DNA of 64,000 nt from Novakomyces olei (lineage: Eukaryota). The DNA lies in assembly GCA_016906335.1 (NCBI GenBank), contig JADEYG010000002.1, positions 372,001 to 436,000 on the forward strand. The letters are read 5' to 3'. Shown one piece after another: positions 1 through 12,384 of this stretch (its first letter is position 1; the number at the start of each line of letters is the position of its first letter). The notes below the pieces were generated by a model, which made no database searches, was not told the DNA's origin, and worked only from the letters and a program-made list of their open reading frames with translations. The position numbers and the translations under genes were made by a program.

Positions 1-855
1 CAGCTCGTACCTTACCCCACCCATGGGACAGTCACACGACTCTGGCAGCATTGGCGGGATAGGTGTCTCGAAATTATATACATACTCGCCGGCACTAAAC
101 AGCCTGTATCCACGCATTTGTGTAGTAGCAGCATCGTGTTTGCCAAAGGACCTGGACGAGAGGAACCCGGGCCCATTGTTCCGCTGCTTGTTACCCGCAG
201 CAGTATTACCATGCAGATCCTTAGCCTCGTTCGACGTATCCAGAACCACTGAATCAGCCCCGTGCGAAAGCTCAGCGGCCGGAAAATGGGCATTAAAAAA
301 AGGCCAAGTGTGCGTAATAAGCTCGCGCTCTTCATAAAACTCGTTCTTTCTAGGCGGAATCCCCTCTGGCCATTCGGTACGAGCAGTTCCCCGGAAAGTC
401 AGGCTCACCGTCTTGATCTTTTGCGGCTTTGCCAGCCGCACGACAAGGCTGCCACGCAGCATTGCAGGCCGTTCGTTGTTATACTCTTGCGGCTCAAAGC
501 CGGTTAGAAAAACGACTGGCTCAGCCAGGCTGACAGCCAGGGCAGTACCGCCACCTGAAGTAGCAGCTAGCGGCTTTTTAATCGGCGGCGGCAGGTTTCC
601 GTTCCGCTGAGGACTCGAAACCCGAGACGGTGGCGGTCCGATCGTAGTAGTCGTGCTGTTGCTGCTGTTATTGCCATTGTGTATCGTATCATCGGAGCGC
701 CGGCCACCTCCACTGCCTGTACTGTTCCGGTGCGTTGAGCGGCCGTCTGTGCTGCTTCCGCTGCCGCTCCCGCTGCGAGGCCGAGCACGGTCCGATCTGT
801 ACGGAACCGCAAGCGAAGCATCCGAGGATTCTCGGCTGCGGCCGTCTCCTATCAT
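1..855 (-). CDS. Alpha-arrestin (ART, Aly1/Aly2-like), 5' part; runs off the left edge
   Basis: Stop-free minus frame from ATG 855 to base 1, missing from the ORF track. Translates ...SLAEPVVFLTGF...MLRGSLVVRLAKPQKIKTVSLTFRGTARTEWPEGIPP...THTWPFFNA...GYRLFSAGEYVYNFETPIPPMLPES...GGVRYEL, a typical fungal arrestin N-domain. Confidence 0.9.
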   Translation of the reverse strand, partial: MIGDGRSRESSDASLAVPYRSDRARPRSGSGSGSSTDGRSTHRNSTGSGGGRRSDDTIHNGNNSSNSTTTTIGPPPSRVSSPQRNGNLPPPIKKPLAATSGGGTALAVSLAEPVVFLTGFEPQEYNNERPAMLRGSLVVRLAKPQKIKTVSLTFRGTARTEWPEGIPPRKNEFYEERELITHTWPFFNAHFPAAELSHGADSVVLDTSNEAKDLHGNTAAGNKQRNNGPGFLSSRSFGKHDAATTQMRGYRLFSAGEYVYNFETPIPPMLPESCDCPMGGVRYEL

Positions 856-2327
856 GCTTGCTGGCCTTTGTCGTCGTGCCGGGTCGGTTTATTATTATTT
901 TTATTATTGTTTTTTTTTTAATTGATTTTATTACTGTTTTTATTATTATTATTTTTATTATTTTCAAATTGCACTGTAATGCTCAGCTAAAGATGGGAAT
1001 AGTGATTGGACTATGATGAAATAAAACAGGTGTGAAAAACTAGTGTGTAATCAATCGATAACGGTGATGATGATGAATAAGGAACAGCGATAGATTATTA
1101 AATAATACAGTCCAGAATTATTGTTCTCGTCCTTTGAAATTAATAGTGGTTTTCTTTTAGTGTTGACACTCACTTTTCGCAAGTTTACTGTTTAATGTTC
1201 CTGCTTGTTTATTATGGGGACAGAGGCCACAGCAAGTAGGGCAGAGCAAGTAGGCCACAGCAAGTAGGTGTATTTCAATATGGCAAGAATTCGTATATTC
1301 AGAAAAGTCTGGTCCCTTATACTAAACGGCAGTTACTGTCGACACTAGTCTACTGTGCCGAATACTGCACACATCTTTTGTGCCTGTTTTTACCAATATG
1401 GACATGGTTCACGGGGCTTCTTGGCAGCCCGTGCCTGTTTGCTACTCTATAGATAGTAAAGCAGAATAGTCAGTTATACTCCCGTCTGTCTCCTATTAAG
1501 CCGACTCTGTTCGCCGGCTTGCATAGTACACGTTACCTCATTCATACTCTACGTGAATTATATTAGACTATACACACCGAATGAAACTCTGTCGCTCTCC
1601 ATGCGCCCGAGTGACCCTCGTTGCTCTCTGCTACTAAAGCTTTTCCTCCATTTACACTGAATTTTACAAAATTGTTAGGTCTCTGCCAAGCAAACTTGCT
1701 GCTTTGCAAATGACTCTGGTCGGTCGCTCAGTCTAGACCCGCATCTTACATTACTTTACAATAGCCTAAATGTTGGCTCATCCTTTGGAGGTAACTCGTG
1801 CCGACCAAAAATATTTGCAATGGGAGTAAGGATATAGTTTTACTCGACGCACTAATGGCCCTAACCCTAATTTGTACTGCCTCAGTGTTCCGAATACCCT
1901 ACCTATCCTTCTATCCAAAATTTGTGTTCTTGAATAAACCGGTCACCCAAAAAGTACAAACAAAACCGGGAATATAAATGTAAAGCGGCGATTGTCACAA
2001 GGGTCATACGCCGAGTCATATGCCGAAACTAAACAGATTCTGCTACAAGATTTCCGGTAGGAAATATGTTGTATTTGCCCTATTTTTTACAAAAAATCTA
2101 TGGCTACCACGGTCTGCACTCATAGAGAATAATCATGTATATCTGTGTTAATAAATATAATACAGCTTCTACACAACAGGTTTTTCGTACATCGCACTAA
2201 AATATAAAACAAAAGAAGGGCTCATAGAAGGTGAATACGAACAAGTACTCGCTCAGGCTGACCTGCTTGCACGCAAACAGGTCAGGAGAAAAAATTGGTT
2301 TTATTAACCGACCAATCTGCTAGCAAT

Positions 2328-3697
2328 CTACAAGCTGGTGTAGAGCTTGCCGAGATCAGACAAGTCGCCGTTAGAGTCAGAGATCAGCTGGTTGTTGGCG
2401 CCAACGTTAGCAGGGAGATTGGTGGAGGCACCAAACCAGGCATACTTCTCAATCCAGTCCTGGCTCTCCAACCAGGACACTGAATCCTTCAAAAAGTCAG
2501 ACACTTCACCGGCAGAGGGCAATGACGCGGTGTCCCAGTTAGTGCAGGCAAACTCTGTGAGCCAGATCTTGTAGTTGGGGTACTTGGAGTGGATGTTCTC
2601 CAAGTAAGACTTGAGATCATCTGCAGAGGTACCGTACCAATGGACATTGATGAAATCAATGCCACAGTCACTGCACTCGCTCATGAAGCTATCAAGCCAG
2701 CCTGGACCGTACGGGCCATTGGTGGTTGATGGAGTACCCAGGTACGAGATTTTGCCGTTTTTCAGAGGCGAAATGCTGCTCTTGTAGTCCTGAACAGCAG
2801 TAGATACATCCATGTTGGATTGGCCATTGTTGTCTGGCTCGTTGAAGCCCATGACAGTGCTGCCATCACTCAAATCAGAAGAAAGAGACGACAGCAAGTC
2901 AGTCTTGACAGTGGGGACGAATTGAATGCCCGAGTCGCCAGTCGAGCCAAAAGGCTTGGGGCCCCAGTTGTAAAACCAGCTGCTCTGGCTTGCAATAGTG
3001 CCAAACTCAGATTCTGGGTTAGCCAGATCCCAAGCGACACCACGCTTACCGCCGCCAACAGACGGGGAAGAGCTTGAAGACGGGGCAGGAGTAGAGTCCG
3101 AGCTGGAGGCAGCAGGCGAAGGCGAGCTCTCTACGGGGCTTTCAGCAGGCGCGGAGCTGGCAGGAGCAGAAGAGACGGCCGGAGCAGAAGAGACAGCAGG
3201 AGCCGAGTTGGCGACCGGCGATGGGTCAGCGGAAGAGACAGGCGTGTAGCCAGAGTTGTCGGTAGATCCAGCAGCAACAGTGGCATAAACCGTAGCATAG
3301 GCTGTTTCGACCTGAACTTCTTGGCGTACGTGGTGGCGGTGCTTAACATCACCCAGTGCTGATACAATTAGTATTTGAAATTGACAATATGGAATTTTGT
3401 ACTGCAATGGCCATTGCAGCATTAGAAAAACAAAACAAGACAGGCCGAAAGCATTCAAAGCAGATAGATCAATTTAGCTCAACATCTATTGAGCGTACTG
3501 TTTGTCGAAAACGTACTGACTCTGGTAGAAATGCGACTAAATTGAACCCAGCCTGATGGGAGGTGCAGCAAAATAAATGATACAAAAAATTTGTAAATTT
3601 GTAAAAGCTTGATCAATATGAATGTGCAAATCTACTTACGCTTAGCGTGAGCCGCGGCGGCAACCAGTGCGCAAGCAATGGCAGTGCTTGTCTTCAT
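2328..3697 (-). CDS. asl1: Secreted GH128 beta-1,3-glucanase-like cell-wall protein (Asl1-like); 1 intron (3639-3359)
   Basis: Signal peptide MKTSTAIACALVAAAAHA in exon 1; GTAAGT...ACTAAT...CAG intron joins in frame; Ser/Ala/Pro linker, then KRGVAW, WFYNW, GFNEPD, VHWY and IWLTEFA motifs. Confidence 0.88.
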
Positions 3698-4995
3698 TGT
3701 GTGTATGTATAAAAATGTAAACAACGGCAATTAATCTGCAAAACTTATAAACAGACGATTCCTCTGCCCAATTGAACAGGGAAAAAAAATTGACCAAAGA
3801 GTGACCCGAGTTGAAGACACAAAGAAAGGCGAGAGCGAGTGCCGAAGCAGAATCAGCTCAAATTTTGAAAAGAGAGTGTGTTGGGGGCAGTTGGGAACGG
3901 GAAGTGGGCCCGGTAGGATCAAAATATTTATAAGGTTTCTATTGCGTGCATTCACCAAGTAAGACACGAGCCAGGGGTGCATCTCCAACAAGTTATATTA
4001 TGTGGCATATGCAATTATAATGGAAAATCTGTTGCTATTAATTTAGACGAGCCGCTCTGTTTGAATGGCTTTGTTACAATCTGCTCGACTGGCACTTAAT
4101 GGAATCAGTTGAGAGAGCAATTGAATGAGTCGTTTCCGAACTTTGAATTGCTGTGGTCTGTTTGGGTACCGGTGAGCGTTACAACGGCTCTGGGTAGGGT
4201 TTTCAAGCCCAGATGAGAGGGATGATCGGGTATCCAGGAGACCCAAAGGGTAATGTTATATCCACTCAAATTAGCATATAGACCACAAGGCTGGCTATTT
4301 GAAGCAGGTGGCCGTGGTACAGAATAGCACCAAAAAATTTTATACCAAGTAACCCTTAACATTTTAATCTTATTTCGCGCATTACATTACATGGTAATAA
4401 GAGATTTATCCCCACTGTGCCACTATTTTGTTTTATGTTTCAACTACGTTGCGTTTGCCAGGTACACACGGGCATTTGGTTAATACACAAACGGTCGACA
4501 ACCCTTTGTATAAGAATCCAACTAAAATGTGATCGCGGTTTTTTCCAGTAAAAGTTAAAGGGGGTAACTCTTGCGTGCAAATAAAATTTTGCAAGCTCGC
4601 TAATTGACGGTTTCGATAGAACAAGGAACCAATGGTGGCTTGCGCTCTTTGCATTGTGACCTCCTTTCTACTTTGCCTCTTCTCCATACTTTATTTAATC
4701 AGGTTTGATTGTCGATATTGAAGATCGATAGTGAAACCCTTTCCTTAAATTACAGCTAATCTTTGCTTTTTCTAATACGCGCTTACCTGGAAAACCCAGT
4801 TGTCAAAATGGCGTAACGCTGGCGCATATCCTGTCTACTTTTGATAATTGCTCTGCCACCTTGTTGATATTGTTTTGCCTAACGTAACCAAATATAATCT
4901 TTTCTTTGCATTTGTCTATCATCAATCATTTGCTCTCTACCTACCAATTGACATACTCGCTAACTAAACAAGTTGAATGCCCACCTTGCTGTGTA

Positions 4996-5511
4996 CTAAT
5001 GATCGTCCTCCACTGCGTATTTCATTGTGGGTTCGCTGATTGTAGCATCTGTATCGCTAGCAAACTCGATTGGTACCACTAGTTTTACACGTCGAGTTTG
5101 CCGCGCTAGAGCATTCACCGTCTCTGCTGGTAGAGCCATAACGCGTTGACGCACTACAGCCAATGCGCGATCCCTCACCTGTGTCGGCAACAGTATTCTA
5201 TTCGCTTCGTCCGCGTCCTTTCCTATATCAGCCGGAACTTGCGAATCGCCATTTGCCGTTATCGATTTTGCGCTACTACCTTTTCCCTTTATTTTGTTCT
5301 TATCGGTGAGGCCATTGACCTTTTTAGCCATATCGCCCTTTGGCTTTTTAGATTTCCCTTTAACATGGCCATGTAATGGCTTGGCCTTGGCCGGCACCGT
5401 TTGCTGGCCATAGGCAAGCCGAGTTCCGCAGCCACAGCCCAGACGATGAAAATTTATTTGCCATACCAAAGTCAGCAATTGATCTACATGATACGCTGAG
5501 CGTCGGCGCAA
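4996..5511 (-). CDS. Hypothetical Lys-rich protein or exon; start uncertain
   Basis: 171-codon open frame with a protein-like basic segment (KGKSKKPKGDMAKK); no family recognised; the ORF start is not ATG. Confidence 0.3.
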   Translation of the reverse strand: MRRRSAYHVDQLLTLVWQINFHRLGCGCGTRLAYGQQTVPAKAKPLHGHVKGKSKKPKGDMAKKVNGLTDKNKIKGKGSSAKSITANGDSQVPADIGKDADEANRILLPTQVRDRALAVVRQRVMALPAETVNALARQTRRVKLVVPIEFASDTDATISEPTMKYAVEDDH

Positions 5512-7274
5512 AAGCCGTCGTATTCAAAAAGCCAACAACAAATAAAACACGTTTGAGACTATGTAAATCACACGAAGAGAAAACTGGTGGAATGTATCAT
5601 ACAGAAAGGTGTTCGTTCGTATACAAACATAAAAGGTTAAAAGGCGCGATCGAGGTGAAAACTGTAAAATTAAAAACTTAAAAGTATAGGATAGGTTATG
5701 AATAGAATATAACAACAGACAAATCACCTGTACTCAACGCGAAAATCATGATCGGCAGCCATTATAACCGTAGCCAATAAACCTCTAGATGCGAGCAAAA
5801 AGCTAGATCAAAACTCAAGCGAAACATTGACCTACCAAACTTCGTATGTAAGAGTGCAACCAGCCTGCGAGAATCGAAGAAATACACTCTCCGAAGCGAA
5901 CGATACCAGAAGTCATTTTGATGAATAATGACTGCCTATTTTTTAGAAGCCCCAAATGGTTGAAGATTGGCACAGCTAATTTCTCGTGACAGGTGCCGGC
6001 CGGTTTTAGTGGATTGCGTTTTACGGAAGAGCAATTGGGGACAGGAGAATGAATCCATGGATTGTGTCTTATTTTAAATACCCCTGAACAATAGATTTTG
6101 TTCCGAGGCGGCATTACTCCTGACTTTCGTTCGACACTGTAAGCGTCGAAGTGTACATTAGCTCATAATAATCCTGTGTGTAACAGGTTGACTCTAAAAG
6201 CTCTTTCCAGGTTTGTGCTTAATATTAGATTACATGGCATTATTGCACGCATGTCGCGCTACAAGGCATACGCGTTACAAGTATGACGTAGTTTGCTTAC
6301 ACAATCGCCTGCCTGAAGAGCTGACCTTTCTGATGCAAAAGCATACTGTAATACCGCTGTTATACGCAAAACATTAAATGTACGCGCAACGCGTTTACAT
6401 CGAACCAGACGCGGGTTAATGTGTATGATCTGCATAACCTCGGCTCGGCTAGTACTATCCGGCACTTGTATTTTTCTCTATTTATAATTTATACATAGAA
6501 GAATATGGTCTACTGTTTAAGACAAAGTTATAGTGTCGGGGATATGTAGCAACAAGTAGTAGGCAGCGGCAACAGCATAGAAGAGCAAATTGCAAAAAAT
6601 ATTTCAGAGAGCAAACATGTATAGGGCGCTTTAGGTCTTGATGGCCATCAAAGCAACGAGGAGAGAAAGTATTTGTTGAATAAAAAGGTCTAAAACACTA
6701 GCAAAGTATGAACGAGCATATAAAAGAAGTTATTTTGAACAGTCGGCGTTTGCTACTCCGATACTTTTTAAATAGTCTTTTAATTTTCAAAGGTGCCTGC
6801 CCGAGTTCCCCGATTAGCAACACTGGATGCTTGATTACATAATTTTACTATAAGCGTCTACAGACAACAAAAAAAATATACGAAATCATGACAACCTCGG
6901 TAACGGATTTCGGTATAAAAATCGTGCTCGGGCATCAATCCAATGCTTTGAGCAATTGCCGCCCAATTGCACACTGCACAAGAGCGCCAACAAATATATC
7001 ACACTGGCATTGAAGGGTATTAAAGCTCAAGCAAGTTCTATTAACGGCATAGTGGACGACGGAGCTGGAGGACGTACAAGGACAAGGGCGATAAGGAGAT
7101 AGATAAGAGCGCCGAGTCAAAAAAATAAGGAGGACAGAAAAACAAAATAAAAACATTTGGGCTCATCAGAATTGAGCGAAAGAATTGTTAAACTCTGGGG
7201 ATAAAGAGCAATAGCGACAAATCTTGATTGAGGAAAGACACATCTTTCTTCCTTTAAATCACGAATTGTTAGGC

Positions 7275-9258
7275 ATGGAGGCTACACCGTCCAATACGGC
7301 GCCTGATTCATCGACGAATGCTGAAAACGGTACATATACAGCCAATACGGCAGGTACATCGCCGGCATCACAAGCACATTTGAGCAGGAAATCGAGTGAA
7401 TCAGACTACAACGATGCGAATAGGGTACAACTAGGTGAAGATGAACAGGCACAAAATCAGCGATTGGATCGTTTAGCGAGCCGGCTTTCACGAGTCCGTA
7501 CTCAGGATTCTGACACAGTATCACTAGCAGCTCCAGTAGTTACTGGTACTTACCGTGATCTAGAGCAGACGCTTTCGAAAGAAGAACAAAGTGATCTGGA
7601 CAAGTACCTAGTAAAATTTGAAGGTGCCGATGATCCAGAGAATCCACAAAACTGGTCCCCACCAAAGCGGTGGTGGCTCACTGTTTTCACCGCAGCTCTT
7701 ACATTCTGTGTGGCACTTACAAGCTCAATTTACACTTCAGCCATTTTCACTCTGCAAAGGCAGTTTGAAGTATCCCGTGAAGTAACGATATTAGGTGTAA
7801 CTTTTTTCGTTCTCGCTTTCGGTCTGGGACCGTTGTTATGGGCACCTTTGAGTGAAATCGTGGGACGTACTCCTGTGTATCTTGTTTCATGGGCAGGGTT
7901 TATCATCTTTCAGATTCCTTGTGCTGTTGCTAAAAACGCTCAGACCTTAATCGTTTGCCGATTCTTTGCTGGAGTATTTGGGTCAGCTCCTCTTACTAAT
8001 GCTGGAGGTACGCTGTCTGATATATGGCGACCTCATGAGCGTGCTATCGCAATGGCAGTCTTTGGAGTTATGCCATTTTTGGGGCCGGTTATGGGTCCTA
8101 TTATTGGTGGTTGGATCGTTACTGCTCACGCTAGTTGGCGCTGGGATATGTGGGTCCCGTGTATTTTCAGCGGATTCTTGGGGGTCATAATGCTTTTTGC
8201 CCTACCGGAGACCATGCACAAGGCAATTTTGCGTAAAAAGGCCATAAGACTTCGTAAAGAAACTGGCGACGACCGTTACTGTACTGTGGAAATGCGAGCT
8301 CCGAGACCTTCACTGGGCACTTTAGCAAATATTATATTTGTGCGCCCTATAGCTATGCTGTTTTTAGAGCCCATTGTGTTTCTCATGTCACTCTACCTCG
8401 CCTTTATTTACGGAATCCTTTATTTATCATTCGAATCCTACCCATTTGTGTTCTTTGGTCTACGTCACTGGAGTCTGGGTTTCAGCGGACTCGCGTTCTT
8501 GGGGATGCTTGTCGGCATGCTAATAGCAGCCGCTTTATCACCCTGGCAGTAAGTTACGCTTTATTATAGCGACTACTTTGTCTTTTACTTTTTCATGGTC
8601 ATTGCGCATTCAAAACTATTAATCTCTGAATTATTATTACTATTTGTTTTTTCTACTGGCTCTTTGTTCATCTTTATTTGACTCGTTTTTCTTTTTTGAC
8701 TAGTTTAACAAATTCTTACGTACAGAACCAAAGTTTACATCAGCATTTGCCGGAAGAAGAACGTCGTTATCTGCCCAGAAGCAAGATTACCGTTCTTGAT
8801 TCCTGCGGCTTTTCTGGTCCCTATCTCGCTCTTCTGGCTGGCTTGGACATCCAACCCTAAAGTTCACTGGATCGTGCCTATCTTGTCGGGCATTCCTTTC
8901 GGTTGTGGAATGGTTACGATCTTTTTAGGAATTCTCGTACGCTAAATTATCCTCCGTCTTATTCGCTCTAGTTTATTCGAATTTTATTATTAAACTTTGT
9001 TTACTAACTCAATAGAACTACCTCGTCGATTCATATTTATTAATGGCAGCCTCGGCTCTTGCGGCTAACAGCCTCATGCGATCCGTTTTCGGCAGTGTTT
9101 TTCCTTTGTTCGCAGAGCAAATGTACGAGAACATGCATGCAAATTGGGCGTCTACTTTACTGGCTTTTATTAGCCTGGCTTTGGCTCCAATACCGCTTTT
9201 ATTCTACATATTTGGCGAGCGTATTCGCAAGCGGTCAAAGATGGCTGCTAATGTTTGA
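7275..9258 (+). CDS. MFS drug:H+ antiporter, DHA1 family; introns 8549-8725 and 8937-9015
   Basis: DDPENPQNW, GPLLWAPLSEIVGR, GGTLSDIW, PFLGPVMGPIIGG, LPET, PEARL and NYLVDSY..AASALAA motifs; both introns splice in frame. Confidence 0.93.
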
Positions 9259-12200
9259 GGCGATTTCAGAGCTTGATACAAGGACCTGGTCGCCGGGGTT
9301 CACATTTCGTCTTTGGAATTTTGCTACACCGTTAAATTGCGTTAATTTTTGCACTTTTTAACTTTATTTTATCTTGTTTTGGTCGGCTTAGGATTCATTT
9401 CCAACTGATTGTGTAAAGGATGTCTTTGTTTCTAGTGAACAGTTTGTACAAGCGGAAACGATTGTTTAGACGGTGACCATATGACTTATGTCTCGAACTC
9501 TGCTTTAATGATATGATCATTGTCTGTTTATTATGCGAGTTTTCATAGAATATATATTTTACACTTTATCTTTAATGTTTCACTTTTTTGATCTTTTTAT
9601 TATTTTAGTTCTTTTATCTCTATGCCTTTACATCAAAATATATACATACTAGCTAAAATTATTGATACCAATAACGATCTGTATTTAGCCTCTTTTGTTT
9701 TGAAATCTCGACTTTTCGTCTGCTCATGTGCCTTTTGCTGGGGATATAATTGTTTCGCTGAAGGTTTGCGAGTGGGGTCGTCGAGTAGTAATTGCAGTCT
9801 GTTGGCATTAGAAACAAAAATTAGGTTTATACTGTCTTAAAGCAAAGTAAACTATATGTAGAGATAATTGTACGTGAACGTCAATAGTGTTTGGCACATC
9901 AGCAGAAGCCGAAAAGCGTATTTATACAATACTTTTCTAATACCGAACAACTATTGTACAAGTACAATCTATACATAAATGAAATTGAATAACTGCAAGC
10001 AACGTTATTGCTACGATTGACATAATGCGGCACATGTGCCAGTCTTCAATCGCCAGTATGACGGCTTCCTTTTAAAGTAAAAGCGCTAGCACATGCGCCC
10101 ACGATACCTGTTACGGATCACGTGTCTTGATATGAAGACCAAAATATTGGGCGGCCACTTGCCCTAATAATGTATGTTAAAACCCACTTTAAGTGCACAA
10201 ACTTGTCGAGCTACTTAAAATAAAACCTCCATCGAGTTGTGTAGTGAGATGCTACGGTTCATGAATTTGCGGGAGAATAAGATAGAGCGAACATGCTTGT
10301 AAAGCAGTATCGCCATTGCAGCCTTCGTGAATACCGTCTACAATGCTAGGTGTCTACAATACTGGGTCCGAGCCTTCAGCGATCCGCCACCCTTTTATTG
10401 GCTTGCAAAAAATGAATGTATACCGGAAATTTATAATTACACGTGCGAACAACAAACAACCTGGGGAGGGAAATTAAAAATGGGGAAGATCAGCCCTCCT
10501 CGATCCTTCTATTGTTCAAACACCCAACAGCAGGAAAGCCCTAAATTCGTGAATGCACCTCTTATGCCATTAAGACATTGTTTTTGTGAGCAAAATAGCA
10601 ACATTTAGCGCTTCCTTTCCCTCACCGTAATCGAGACAAGTATAGCTGAAGCAAACGTAGAGAGTTATGGACCCTTGCTATTAATCAGAACAGGAACGAT
10701 GGATTTGACTTGGCACAATGGATTTGACTTGGCACCAGCAATGTGTAAAATATACCTCGTTACGTCAGGGACCCTTTTTACATAATCATGGATCGTATTC
10801 TATATAAAATTGTCTGCTAGGCACAGGTAATAGTACCTACTCTCACCAAATGCGGGGACAGGCTGGTGCCTCGTCCGAAAGCGAACTGTATTCGGCAAGC
10901 TGCACGGTCCGAATTCTCAGCCCTGAAACGTGATGTGGCTTAAATTAATACATAAAAGTTACGAAAAAACACTCTCTCTAGTAATCTATACGGGAATTTG
11001 ACAAGTAATATTAGAACGTTCTTTAATACATATTGCTATGAGACATGTTCACCAAAAATCAGTAATCAGCCCATTTATGTTTTAAATCAAAGAAAACAAA
11101 AGCAAAAAAAATCGATGCACGACAATATTCTACTTTAGGTCTGACGTAAGCAGGCTTCTGGGCTCATTCGATGACATTTGCGAAGTAAAAAATTGAAGCA
11201 CATTCGTTTTGCTGTGTAATGATTTTTCTAGTATTTAACATTACGTAGTCTATGTCATGTAATAACTTCCATCTTAGTCATCATTATTAATGATCTCTGC
11301 GTCTTTTAAGTACATGGTGTGTATGCTTGTTCTTCTCAACTACCTCTGCAATACTGCTTAAATGTATTACAGAAAAGTATGAAATACCGCGACTTCCTTT
11401 CTGTTCTCGCAGTGCTAGCTTTAGTCATAATATGCTTTTCTAAACGGTTTCCAAAGTCGGATTTGGCTTGCTGAGTGGTAGAATTGTCTGACTTCCACAC
11501 TCTTTCCTGATTCGGAAGCGTCCAATTGAAACAGCTTTGGCGCAGAACAGATTTTCTCCGCAAACATCGCCAAGTAATGCAGCAAGCCAGAGGCACGGCC
11601 CATAAAATAGGACGAGTAGCGCAAGTAATTGCGACAAAGGCCAACGGTCAACGAGAAGGCACAGAAAGTTTGAACATTTTGACTGCGTCTGCGCTCGAAA
11701 TTTTCCAGGCAAGCACTAAAAATCACTCAGCATTTGAGGCGAACAGCTGTGGCTATTGGTATCGGCCTAACGCTTCTAAATATACTCGCTTATATATTTG
11801 CCAAGGGACCCATCTAGACAATATCTCTGCGTCCAACGGGGGAAAGCTTCACTCTTGCTCCTATTTCAAGGGAAAAAAACCTGCGCGAACAAGGAGGAAT
11901 TTGGCACACAGTGCATTCAGCAACCACTCCCTCTCTCGATCACTCTCACACTTTTGACGATTTTCGCAAAAGACATTGCCGACACACGTTCGCTTACACG
12001 CACGATAGATTACTTACGTTTTTGTTACTTAACATTCTATTCCCCGGATTTCAAAGTACTAGAACACACGACAGGAGAGGGATAATACTAAGGAAACAAC
12101 ACCAAACGGAAACGAGTAATTTGCTGAGAAACAAACAAGGAACGCGACACTTACGGGAAAGGGACAGCAAATCAAGGAACCAAGCAACAAGCAAGACAAG

Positions 12201-12384
12201 GTGCGTTGGCGAGGAAAACAGACAGTGCGCCAGTACGGGAAAGGTTCATCGACTAAAAGCAACCATATTTGTCTTGCCAATTGAGCCCACTCAAAGGAGG
12301 AGGACTCGAAGAAATTTATACTTAAACTGCGGTGTTGTTGTGTAGAAAAAACTCGGAACTTTGAAGCAGAGTCTCTATCGCAAT

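Noticed and set aside
12-1016. Listed short ORFs at the left edge
   Set aside because: Shadows of the arrestin frame or of AT-rich simple repeats.
11336-12345. Overlapping 70-144 aa ORFs upstream of the zinc-finger gene
   Set aside because: Mostly non-ATG starts, mutually overlapping, no family signal; probably promoter or leader sequence.
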